From: Deltaproteobacteria bacterium GWC2_65_14
Lineage (GTDB): Bacteria > Desulfobacterota > Deferrimicrobia > Deferrimicrobiales > Deferrimicrobiaceae
Reading direction: 5' to 3'
DNA: 56,323 nt
NCBI GenBank assembly: GCA_001797615.1
Contig: MGPV01000012.1
Span: 1-56,323 of the forward strand
This document shows positions 8,110-19,189 of the stretch, in pieces. Below the pieces are notes generated by a model that made no database searches, was not told where the DNA came from, and saw only the letters and a program-made list of their open reading frames with translations. How positions within the stretch are numbered: position 1 is the stretch's first letter; each line of letters opens with the position of its first letter. The translations under genes were made by a program, and so were the position numbers.

Positions 8110-8573
8110 GACTTGCGGCCAAGGTGTTGCGGGCGGAGATCGAGCGGTACCGGGAACGCAGCCAGGGGCCTGTGCTTCGCCGCGCGTCGGAATTGTTTGC
8201 GAGCGTGACGCAAGGGAGGTTCGCAGGTCTTGCCCCCGATTACGACGCCGGGGACACCCCCGTTCTCGTCGGTTTGCGGCCGGGAAGCGAGAAGGTTTCG
8301 GTGCAGGGGATGAGCGACGGCACTCAGGACCAGCTGTATCTCGCCCTACGGGGGGCCTCCCTCGAAAAATTCGGCGGGGAGGGCGAGCCGCTTCCGCTGC
8401 TCGTCGATGACGCCTTGGTGAACTTCGACGATATCCGGGCGAAGGCGGCGCTCAACATCATGGCGGAGCTGGCGAAGAGAACGCAGGTCATCTTCCTCAC
8501 CCACCACAGTCATCTTGTCGAGCTCGCGAAGGACGCCGTCGACGCCGGCATCCTGCATCTCCAATCGCTCTGA
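8106..8573 (+). pseudogene. C-terminal remnant of a YhaN/SbcC-like ABC-ATPase
   Basis: RLAAKVLRAEIERYRERSQGPVLRRASELF...MSDGTQDQLYLALR...PLLVDDALVNFDD...VIFLTHH; no Walker A and no N-terminus. Confidence 0.85.
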
Positions 8574-8957
8574 TCGGTGAAAGGCGAGTAGGGTCTCGAC
8601 AACTCCAGCGTGCCGGACACAGTGGCCAGGGTCGCGTCAAAGCACTCGACAGACCTAAATTCTGAGAACCGCGGCATAGGCATACCAAATTCGCTTGCTG
8701 TTGTCCGTCTCCTGCAAGCGCGTTCAAGTTGTAGCAGTGCGGGACGGAGTCCAAGTGACACGCTGCGTCTGCACGGCCCCCGGCTGGCATTCACCGTGCA
8801 ATATATTCATACAAGACAGGATTTCCTGAGGAAACCTGATGTTTGTGGGGATATACAGGATGGGTCTCGGACTCCTGGTGTTCGGTAAGTGGACCGGCAA
8901 AGGGTTACCCATTCTACTGTGCTCATGTGGGCACTCTGAATTATTCCTTGGAAGGCA

Positions 8958-8986
8958 TTGACAACACATTCCCCCAGAGGCATAAT
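8958..8986 (+). promoter_or_regulatory. Sigma70 promoter of the HigBA-like operon
   Basis: TTGACA-N17-CATAAT, 5 nt before ATG 8992. Confidence 0.85.
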
Positions 8987-8991
8987 CCGGA

Positions 8992-9354
8992 ATGAGGTGG
9001 GCTGTCGAGTACACGAACGAGTTCGGGGCATGGTGGGATTCCCTGGGCGAAGGAGAACAGGAAAGCGTGGATGCGTCGGTCCGATTGTTGGAAGAGCTTG
9101 GTCCTGCGCTTCCGTATCCATACAGCTCGGATGTCAGGGGATCGCGTCACGGGAACATGCGTGAACTGCGGATACAACACGAGGGTGAACCATATCGTGT
9201 GCTTTATGCGTTCGATCCGCGCCGGGTTGCACTCCTGCTCATCGGAGGAAAGAAATTCGGGGATGACAGATGGTACAGGAAGTATGTCCCGAAAGCCGAA
9301 AAGATATATGACGAACACTTGAAGTCATTGGAAGAGGAGAGGAATAAGCCATGA
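8992..9354 (+). CDS. RelE/HigB-like toxin (Gp49-like family)
   Basis: WAVEYTNEFGAWWDSL...LLEELGPALPYPYS...MRELRIQHEGEPYRVLYAFDPRRVALLLIGGKK; toxin-first order. Confidence 0.9.
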   Translation: MRWAVEYTNEFGAWWDSLGEGEQESVDASVRLLEELGPALPYPYSSDVRGSRHGNMRELRIQHEGEPYRVLYAFDPRRVALLLIGGKKFGDDRWYRKYVPKAEKIYDEHLKSLEEERNKP

Positions 9355-9713
9355 AAAAAATCCGGACGCGTCCATATGGGGAACTAAGAGCAAAAATGTC
9401 TCCCGCGTCCAGGGCGAGGGCGGAGACGAGGGCCAAGGAGATGCTGGCCGAGATGCCGCTATACGAGCTGCGGCACGCACGGGAGATGTCCCAGAAGCAT
9501 CTCGCGGAGATCCTCCGGATCAACCAGGCGTCCGTCTCGAAGCTCGAGCGAAGGACGGATATGTACATCAGCACTCTGCGGAATTTCATCGAGGCGATGG
9601 GAGGCCAACTGGAGATCAAGGCCGTCTTCCCGGATGGCGCGGTCCGGATCAGCCAGTTCGAGGAACTGGCTGAGAGCGCTCCAATCCCAGCGGGCCGAAG
9701 AATGTCGACCTGA
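9351..9713 (+). CDS. XRE-family HTH antitoxin (HigA-like)
   Basis: LYELRHAREMSQKHLAEILRINQASVSKLERRTDMYISTLRNFIEAMGG; ATGA overlap with the toxin. Confidence 0.9.
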   Translation: MKKIRTRPYGELRAKMSPASRARAETRAKEMLAEMPLYELRHAREMSQKHLAEILRINQASVSKLERRTDMYISTLRNFIEAMGGQLEIKAVFPDGAVRISQFEELAESAPIPAGRRMST

Positions 9714-9830
9714 GGCTGTTTTCTTTCCCCCCGGCTTTACTGTGAACTTCAACGAACGCATTCGCATGGTATGAACTGCAGGACACCCTGGGCCTCGCCC
9801 GGTTGCTGGGGATTATAGTCCATGTTGCCG

Positions 9831-9871
9831 TTGACATTGCGCAACGATCGTGTACATAATCGTTACACGAT
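9831..9871 (+). promoter_or_regulatory. Promoter and operator of the Phd-PIN operon
   Basis: TTGACA(9831)-N18-CATAAT(9855-9860); inverted repeat ATCGTGTA-N9-TACACGAT (9847-9871) straddles the -10. Confidence 0.8.
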
Positions 9872-9883
9872 GGAGGACGCGAT

Positions 9884-10171
9884 ATGAAATTTCTGAGCGT
9901 GCGCGATTTGCGGGGAAAGGCCGCGAAAGTCTGGAAGGATCTGCCGGGAGAGAAGGAGATGGTCGTCACCAGCAACGGCCGGCCCATCGCCATTCTGTCA
10001 TCGGTCGGTGAGTCGAACGTCGAGGAGTCGTTGGCGGCGATTCGCCAGGCCCGGGCCATCGCAGCGGTAGCGGCCATTCAGCGCCGGTCGGCGGAGCAGG
10101 GAACCGACAGATTGTCTTCCGAAGAGATCGATGCGGAGATCAGGGCGGTCCGGGAAAAGCGCCGCCGTTGA
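9884..10171 (+). CDS. Phd/YefM-family antitoxin
   Basis: MKFLSVRDLRGKAAKVWKDL...VVTSNGRPIAIL; GGAGG RBS. Confidence 0.9.
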   Translation: MKFLSVRDLRGKAAKVWKDLPGEKEMVVTSNGRPIAILSSVGESNVEESLAAIRQARAIAAVAAIQRRSAEQGTDRLSSEEIDAEIRAVREKRRR

Positions 10172-10584
10172 ACATCGTCCTCGACACGAACGTCCTCGTG
10201 GCGGGCCTGTTGTCGCCGTTCGGTCCGTGCGGGGAGATCGTACGGATGGTTTCCTCCGGGGAATTGACCCTCTGTCTCGATGCCCGGATCGTGACCGAAT
10301 ACAGCGAAGTCCTGAAACGGCCGAAATTCCGGTTCGAAGAGGAAAAGGTCGATGCGTTACTGGATTTCATCGACCTCAGGGGGCGGACGGTGGCGTCTTC
10401 GCCCCTGCGGAAAGCCCTTCCCGATCCCGCCGACGAACCGTTCCTTGAGGTCGCAATCGCCGGGCGGGCGGCATGTCTTGTCACGGGGAACCGGGTCCAT
10501 TTTCCCGGCAGGCTGCGCCAACGCGTGATGGTTCTCACGCCGCGGGAATTTCTGGACCGATACAGGAAGCGAACCGTCCTCTAA
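10168..10584 (+). CDS. PIN-domain toxin (VapC-like, PIN_3 type)
   Basis: IVLDTNVLVAGL...EYSEVLKRPKF...DPADEPFLEVA...LVTGN. Confidence 0.9.
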   Translation: MNIVLDTNVLVAGLLSPFGPCGEIVRMVSSGELTLCLDARIVTEYSEVLKRPKFRFEEEKVDALLDFIDLRGRTVASSPLRKALPDPADEPFLEVAIAGRAACLVTGNRVHFPGRLRQRVMVLTPREFLDRYRKRTVL

Positions 10585-10682
10585 GGACGGACGAGAAAAA
10601 TATCAGCAATGCTCTCTGTCGCGACAAGTTCGGAACCCTGTCCGCGATTGGCCGGAATACATGGATCGAGGGCAGGCATCCG

Positions 10683-11309
10683 GTGACACACGGCAAGAGC
10701 CGGTCGAAGCCGGCCGTGACGATGCAGGACGTCCGAACCCGTCTTGCGACAATGGACAAAGGCACGCTTGCCGACATGCTCGTCGATCAGGCGATGGAGG
10801 ACGACCGATTGCGGCAGCGTCTGCTCATGAAGGCGGCGAGGAAAGGCCCAAAGGGGCTTGATGTGGCCACGTATCGTCGGGCCATCGACGAGGCGGTCGA
10901 CGCAGGCGGTTTCGTGGATTACCGCGCCGTCGAAAAGGCGATCGAATCCGTCGACGACTCGGACGGCCACATGGGCGGAATCCTCGAACGTCTCCAGGAA
11001 ATCCATCACGAGGCGTGCAAGAAGGCCAAACCCGAGCCGGAAGCGTTGGCAAGGAGGCTCTTCGAATGGGAATTGCGAACGGATTGGGATACCTTCCACG
11101 GCGCCGCGCAGACGTACGCGCGTATCCTTGGAGAGGAAGGGCTGGCGGTCTACCGGAAGCTCGCCGAGGCGGAATGGGCCAAGGTGCTGGCCGTGGGCCA
11201 TGGAGGGCGGCTCCTGTTCGTCGTGATCGTGGTCAGAAAGGACATGATCCGAGTCATATCGGCGCGGGACATGAATCGGAAGGAAAGGAAGGTGTACGAG
11301 TCATCATGA
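10683..11309 (+). pseudogene. Chimeric ORF: internally deleted helical protein (SWIM-finger-associated type) fused in frame to the C-terminal half of a BrnT toxin
   Basis: Helical part ...GGFVDYR|AVEKAIESVDDSDG...AEAEWAKV, then |LAVGHGGRLLFVVIVVRKDMIRVISARDMNRKERKVYE (BrnT RxISAR motif) from ~11187. Confidence 0.7.
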
Positions 11310-11593
11310 AAAAAGTACCCAAATTTGCATCGGAGGCCGAAGAGAGGCGGTTCTGGGAATCTGCGGATTCGACGGAGTATGTGAACTGGAAGAAAGCGCA
11401 GCGGGTGGTTTTTCCAAATCTTAAACCATCTCTTAGGACCATCTCCGTGCGGCTTCCCGAATCAATGATTGAGGAACTGAAACTCCTGGCGAACAAGCGG
11501 GATGTTCCCTATCAGTCATTGCTCAAGATTTTCTTGGGTGAGCGGATCGAACAAGAGCTTCGGTTGGTTCATCCGAAACGGGCAAAGGCCTAA
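11306..11593 (+). CDS. CopG/BrnA-type antitoxin
   Basis: MKKVPKFASEAEERRFWESADSTEY...TISVRLPESMIEELKLLANKRDVPYQSLLKIFL; ATGA overlap with the BrnT remnant. Confidence 0.88.
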   Translation: MKKVPKFASEAEERRFWESADSTEYVNWKKAQRVVFPNLKPSLRTISVRLPESMIEELKLLANKRDVPYQSLLKIFLGERIEQELRLVHPKRAKA

Positions 11594-11629
11594 CTAATCA
11601 TTAAGGGATAGGTAACGGGTAACGGGTAG

Positions 11630-11658
11630 TTGACATTTGTACGTGAATGGAATATCTT
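11630..11658 (+). promoter_or_regulatory. Sigma70-like promoter
   Basis: TTGACA-N17-TATCTT in an AT-rich patch. Confidence 0.6.
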
Positions 11659-11680
11659 GAAAGTAATTGTTTTATATAAT

Positions 11681-11926
11681 AAATTCGAAATATCTGCCCC
11701 GGAGGCGAAGGAAGTTTCCCTGGCAGGGAGTTTCAACCACTGGAATACCCAGGCGAATCCGATGAAAAAGGATAAGAAGGGAACGTGGAAGGCGACTCTC
11801 TCCCTTGAAACGGGAAGATACGAGTACCGTTTTTTTGCCGACGGCAACCGGGAGAACGATCCATATTGTTCTTGCGGCGTCGCGAATGAATTCGGAGGCC
11901 AGAACTGCGTAAAGATTGTCGCGTAA
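11681..11926 (+). pseudogene. CBM48/early-set glycogen-binding domain protein lacking a credible start
   Basis: KFEISAPEAKEVSLAGSFNHW...WKATLSLETGRYEYRFFADG...NEFGGQNC; the upstream in-frame region is the promoter and has no RBS/ATG. Confidence 0.7.
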
Positions 11927-11967
11927 GGGGTGATCGTGTTCCCTGCGTCTTCGGAAGAGGTTGACCC

Positions 11968-12366
11968 GTGATTCCGATGAAACTCGACCATCGTCACAAG
12001 ACGGAGCCTGTTTTCCTGATAGGCCCCGGGATAGTGGGGGGCCTGTTGGAGGGATTCGCGGGGAGCTGCCGCTCACAGGAAGGCCTTGAATGGGCGGAGG
12101 AGCGCCTGAAGGGAGTTGGTTTCACAAAGCGTGAGGAAGGGAATTGGGTATCGTATCGGAGGGGAATGGATGGCTACCATCTGTATGCGGATCCACGCCC
12201 TGGCACCCGCATCAACATCTACGTGTACCCCGGAGAGAAAGTGGGTGTGAAGAGAATAAGACGATCCAGTTCTCCTTTCCCCTTTCTGGTGGGCATGCCC
12301 AATACATGGAAGCATGATCTTGAGGAAAAACTGGCGTCAAAGATCAGAAAATATTGTTACGAGTGA
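11968..12366 (+). CDS. Hypothetical protein
   Basis: 132-aa ORF with protein-like composition; no recognised motif. Confidence 0.5.
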   Translation: MIPMKLDHRHKTEPVFLIGPGIVGGLLEGFAGSCRSQEGLEWAEERLKGVGFTKREEGNWVSYRRGMDGYHLYADPRPGTRINIYVYPGEKVGVKRIRRSSSPFPFLVGMPNTWKHDLEEKLASKIRKYCYE

Positions 12367-12542
12367 AGAGGGGTTCCTGCAGGGGATCTCCAGAAAGGTA
12401 CTGACCTCCGGGCATATCCCTCCACAGTCCAGTTGGACGTCCCCGTTTCAGCGAGCAACGGAAATACGTTTTCTGCAGGGGCATTCCTCACGTTCCATGC
12501 CCGGGCGATGCCTCCCCGCCGAAGATCGGGGGCAGGTCAGGC

Positions 12543-13292
12543 TCAGGTCATGTGGATCCCGCCGCTTACCGGGAGATATGCCCCCGAGACAAACCGTGCC
12601 TCTTCGGAGGCCAGCAGGACGACCGCCCCCGCCACATCATCGGGGAGACCGATCCGCTTCAAGGGGGTGATCAGGGCGGCTGCGTCCTTTTCCTTTTTCG
12701 AGAGGAAGGCGGTGGCATCGGTCTCGGTAAGGCCCGGCGCCACCACGTTGACCCGGATCCCCTTGGGACCCAGCTCCAGGGCCAGCGATTTCATGAAGGC
12801 GTCCAGGCCGGACTTGGCCGTGCTGTGCGCGCAGAACCCTTCTCCCACAACCCGGGAGAGACCGCTGCTGATCCCGATGATGCATCCTTTTTTTCTCATC
12901 ACCATCGCGGGGACCACGGCCTTGCAGCAGAAGAACGCGGCCTGCAACTCTCCCACGAGTTTCGCCTGGAAGTCCTTCCATGGAATTTTGAGGAAGGGGA
13001 GAACCGGGAACGAGATGGAGGCGTTCAGGACGAGGGTGTCGATCGGGCCCAGCGTTTCCGCCACCTTCCGGGACATCGCTTCCACCTGGTTCATGTTCCT
13101 CACGTCCGCCCGGACGGCGATCGCGTTCCCGCCTTCGTCCACGATCTCCGACACCACCTTGCGGGCGGCGTTCGCGCTCCGGAAGTAGTTCACCGCGACG
13201 GCCGCGCCGTGCCTGGCCAGCATCCTGGCCGTGGCCGCGCCGATTCCCCGGCTTGCACCGGTCACCAGGGCCACTTTGTCTTTCATCGGCAT
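12543..13292 (-). CDS. Short-chain dehydrogenase/reductase (FabG-like)
   Basis: TGASRGIG; LVLNAS; catalytic position reads HSTAK; VNVVAPGLTET. Confidence 0.92.
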   Translation of the reverse strand: MPMKDKVALVTGASRGIGAATARMLARHGAAVAVNYFRSANAARKVVSEIVDEGGNAIAVRADVRNMNQVEAMSRKVAETLGPIDTLVLNASISFPVLPFLKIPWKDFQAKLVGELQAAFFCCKAVVPAMVMRKKGCIIGISSGLSRVVGEGFCAHSTAKSGLDAFMKSLALELGPKGIRVNVVAPGLTETDATAFLSKKEKDAAALITPLKRIGLPDDVAGAVVLLASEEARFVSGAYLPVSGGIHMT

Positions 13293-13340
13293 GACGGTTC
13301 CCTCCTCGTGGAACGAGTTCAGATGCGGTCCGGAAAGCGT

Positions 13341-13967
13341 TTACGGGCCGGACCGGGACTGATTCACCGCATGGATCAGCAGCTCCAGGGGCACGGCCCC
13401 TTCCAGGACGAATTTTTCCCCGACGACGAAGGTGGGGATCCCCGTCACGCCGGTCGCGGAGGCGATCTGTTTCTGCTTCTCCAGCCTCTCTTCGTACGCC
13501 GGGTCGCTCCAGGCGCGGTCCACCGTATCGGCGGGAAGGCCGGCTTCCGACGCGATCCGCCGAAGCACCTCTTCGTCCCCGAGGTTCTTCCCCTCCGAGA
13601 AATAGCCCCGGAACAGCCGTTCGTTCAGCTCCTCGAACCGGTCGGGATCGAGTTCCCTGGCTGCCTCCGCGAGCAAAAGCGCCTTGTGGGAATTTATCAT
13701 AAACGTCCTTTCGGCGAAGACGATATCCTCCTCGGACCCCATCTGCGCGAGGGAGTCCATCATCCGCGCCCATCGTTCCGGTGGATATCCCAGGCTGGAG
13801 ATGGGCGATCCTTGAGGAGGAGTGTCCGGATGGATCTCCGTGAAAACACGTTCGACCTTCAAGGGGACCCGGGTGCCCAGACGGGCGAGACGCCTCTCGC
13901 CCACGTAGCAGAACGGTCAGGTGTAGTCGGTGAAGACCCTGACCGGAAGTTCGCGAGATTCCCGCAT
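13341..13967 (-). CDS. DsbA/FrnE-family oxidoreductase, candidate selenoprotein (UxxC), 208 aa
   Basis: GGAGG RBS, ATG 13967, MRESRELPVRVFTDYT-TGA(13919-13917)-PFCYVGERRL, continuing in frame through TGIPTFVVG to the stop at 13341. Confidence 0.88.
13883..13902 (-). promoter_or_regulatory. Candidate bacterial SECIS hairpin
   Basis: GGGCGAGA-GGCG-UCUCGCCC, 8-bp stem, apical loop starts with G, 22 nt after the UGA. Confidence 0.75.
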
Positions 13968-14026
13968 TTCCGTATCCTCCGAAGGTAAAGGTCTTACGGT
14001 ATGAGTTCTTTTCCGGAGGGAAGGAT

Positions 14027-14812
<786 letters not shown>

Positions 14813-14840
14813 GTCCGGGCCGGGTCTCCGGGAGCCGCGG

Positions 14841-15604
14841 TCAGACCAGCGCCTTCATATACTCCCGGTTCAGATGCGCGATGAACTTCACGTCGATCCC
14901 CTTCGGGCATGCGGCCTGGCACTCGTAGTGGTTCGAGCAGTTCCCGAAGCCGCAGTCCTGCATCGCATCGATCATGGCCTGGACCCGCTCCTTCGCCTCG
15001 ATTCTCCCCTGGGGGAGGGCGGCCAGCTGGGCGACCTTGGCGCTGGTGAAGAGCATCGCCGAGCTGTTCGGGCAGGCCGCCACGCAGGCGCCGCAGCCGA
15101 TGCACTCCGCGGCGTCCATGGAGTACTCCGCGTCGGGCTTCGGGATCGGCAGCGCGTTGGCGTCCGGAACCCCGCCGGTGTGCGCGGAGGTGTAGCCGCC
15201 CGCCTCGATGATACGGTCGAGGGCGTTGCGGTCGACCACGAGGTCCTTGACGACCGGAAACGCGCGGGCGCGCCACGGCTCGATGTAGATCGTGTCGCCG
15301 TCCTTGAACTTGCGCATGTGGAGCTGGCAGACCGTCGTTCGGTCCTGTCCCCCGTGGGGAACGCCGTTGATCACCTGGGAGCAGGTCCCGCAGATCCCCT
15401 CCCGGCAGTCGTGGTCGAAGACGATCGGCTCCTTCCCGCTCTTGATCAGATCCTCGTTCACCACGTCGAGCATCTCCAGGAAGGAGTGGTGCTCGGTGAT
15501 CTCCCTGGCGGTGTAGGTCTCGAACCGCCCGGGGGTCTTCGAGCCGTTCTGCCGCCAGACGATCAGCGTAAGCGTCATCGTCTTGTGTTCGCTGTGTCCG
15601 CTCA

Positions 15605-15605
<1 letters not shown>
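14841..15605 (-). CDS. sdhB: Succinate dehydrogenase/fumarate reductase iron-sulfur subunit
   Basis: [35 protein letters not shown]; ATG 15605 overlaps the sdhA TAA. Confidence 0.95.
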
Positions 15606-17518
<1,913 letters not shown>

Positions 17519-17528
17519 AGGGAACCCC

Positions 17529-18194
17529 CTATCTGCTCAGGATGCCGATGAGAATGAGAACGGGAATGGCGCTGTACCCCACGAAGAAGAGGGCGGAGAG
17601 CAGGTTCGCGAGCACCACGTATTTCGGCAGGGTCCGGTCGTTGGAAAGCCCCAGGGTCTGCAGGAAGCTGTGGATCCCGTGGCGGAGGTGGAGGAAGAGG
17701 ACCACCATGGCGGCCACGTAGGCGGCCGTGATCGGTACGATCCGGAAGCTGCCGATCACCATCGAGAAGACGTCGCCCGGCCGGATCGCCACCGCCTCGG
17801 GGGAGATGTCCGGCGTGACCCGGAGGGTGAACTGGGCCAGGTGGTAGCCGAGGAAGGCCAGGAGCAGGGCACCCGTCCAGATCATCGTCTCGCTGGAAAA
17901 GGTGGCCTTGAGCTTCCGGTTCACCGCATACTTCTTCGGGTTCGCCGCCCAGTTCTCCAGCGTCAGCAGGATGCCGAAGAAGACGTGGATCGCCAGCATG
18001 GCGATCATGAAGAGGCGGAAGATCCAGACCAGCGGGCCCAGGCTGTGGAGCTTCTCCGCGTAAGTGTTCAGCGCGCTCGGGCCGATGAAGATGGAGGAGT
18101 TCCCGAGAAGGTGCACGATGACGAACAGGAGCATGAAGAACCCGGTGATCGCCATCAGCAGCTTCCTTGCTACGGTGTTCGAAAGTACCGACAT
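17529..18194 (-). CDS. sdhC: Succinate dehydrogenase cytochrome b558 subunit
   Basis: RKLLMAITG, five hydrophobic segments, heme His in HLLGN, HVFFG, HLAQF and HLRHG. Confidence 0.93.
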   Translation of the reverse strand: MSVLSNTVARKLLMAITGFFMLLFVIVHLLGNSSIFIGPSALNTYAEKLHSLGPLVWIFRLFMIAMLAIHVFFGILLTLENWAANPKKYAVNRKLKATFSSETMIWTGALLLAFLGYHLAQFTLRVTPDISPEAVAIRPGDVFSMVIGSFRIVPITAAYVAAMVVLFLHLRHGIHSFLQTLGLSNDRTLPKYVVLANLLSALFFVGYSAIPVLILIGILSR

Positions 18195-18373
18195 GACTCC
18201 ATCCCTTTCGCGGTATCGTGGATTTTTGCTGCCACTTCGAGCATGAATCCGGTTTGAGCCCGGGGAGGGCTGGCTACGAGAGGCGTTTCGATCCCTCCTG
18301 TATCCAGTATCCTGTATACCGGGTGAGAATAGGCCCGCGGATGGGAAAAGTCAATCGTCTGGATGGAGCCTTG

Positions 18374-18415
18374 AAAAAAAAAAGGGCATCCCGTCTTTCA
18401 AAGCGACGGGGGACG
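18374..18415 (-). terminator. Intrinsic terminator downstream of the 18445-18759 gene
   Basis: Hairpin CCCGTC/GACGGG followed on the minus strand by a U10 tract. Confidence 0.7.
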
Positions 18416-18444
18416 CGGCGGGCGCGGGAATCGGGGAGGACGGA

Positions 18445-18759
18445 TCAGGATCGATCGGCGCTTGCGAGGAGGGTTTCTTCCGGGTTCCCGGAGGCGATGC
18501 TTTTCTCCGCCGGGTAGGGCGGATCGTGGTATACGCGGATCCATTGGCCGTCCCGGGGGATGAAGACCTCGGCGGCGGTGACCTTGAGCCCCTGGACTCC
18601 ATGGTACTGCATCAGCCGGGCCGCCTCCTTCTTGGAGAGCCAGCTGGTGATCTCCGGGTCGTCCTGATAGTCATAGGAAACCGGGGATACGGGCTCGGCG
18701 AACAGATACCCGCCCGCGAGCAGGAAAACCATGAGCAGCAACGCAAACAGGGATCTCAT
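18445..18759 (-). CDS. Small exported hypothetical protein
   Basis: GGAGG RBS before ATG 18759; signal-like N-terminus MRSLFALLLMVFLLAGGYLFA. Confidence 0.7.
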   Translation of the reverse strand: MRSLFALLLMVFLLAGGYLFAEPVSPVSYDYQDDPEITSWLSKKEAARLMQYHGVQGLKVTAAEVFIPRDGQWIRVYHDPPYPAEKSIASGNPEETLLASADRS

Positions 18760-18807
18760 CGAAACCCTCCCGTTTGAAAATAAACGGTGTTTCAATATGC
18801 TGTGGTG

Positions 18808-18836
18808 AGTACCCGATTTGTAATCTTTCGGGTACT
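18808..18836. promoter_or_regulatory. Inverted repeat in the divergent intergenic region
   Basis: AGTACCCGA-N11-TCGGGTACT. Confidence 0.5.
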
Positions 18837-19189
18837 ATATGTTGTGTCCATCATGATGTCAAGGGGAAGAGCAATATTGATGCCCTTCCGGGCGTTTTTT
18901 AGGCCATCGTAACCAGTCGAAATGAGAATGCTTCTGAAACTCTATTGATGCGATTGGCTGTCCAGTGAAAACAGACTGGGAAAATTATTACCTATAGTGG
19001 GTAGCTAAACGGACAGGATGAGAGGTCTATCGGGTCGTGACCCTTTCCCTCGTGCTGCGCGGGATCCTTTCAGTCCTCTTCGTCATGATCATGGTCGTTC
19101 ACATCCACTTGACCACGATCGGCAATCCCGGCACCCTGAAAAGCATGATCTACGGCAAGGTGAAAAAAAGATCCGGGCGGGGGAAATAG

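Noticed and set aside
8574-8950. ORFs or a mobile-element end in the intergenic stretch
   Set aside because: Conflicting short ORFs with no motif, no terminal inverted repeats and no RBS.
418-12400. Integron cassette array (many small genes; GCCTAAC at the antitoxin stop ~11587; attC-like ATGCAGCC stretch at ~470-520)
   Set aside because: No complete RYYYAAC...GTTRRRY pair with complementary L boxes, mixed gene orientations, and no intI in the window.
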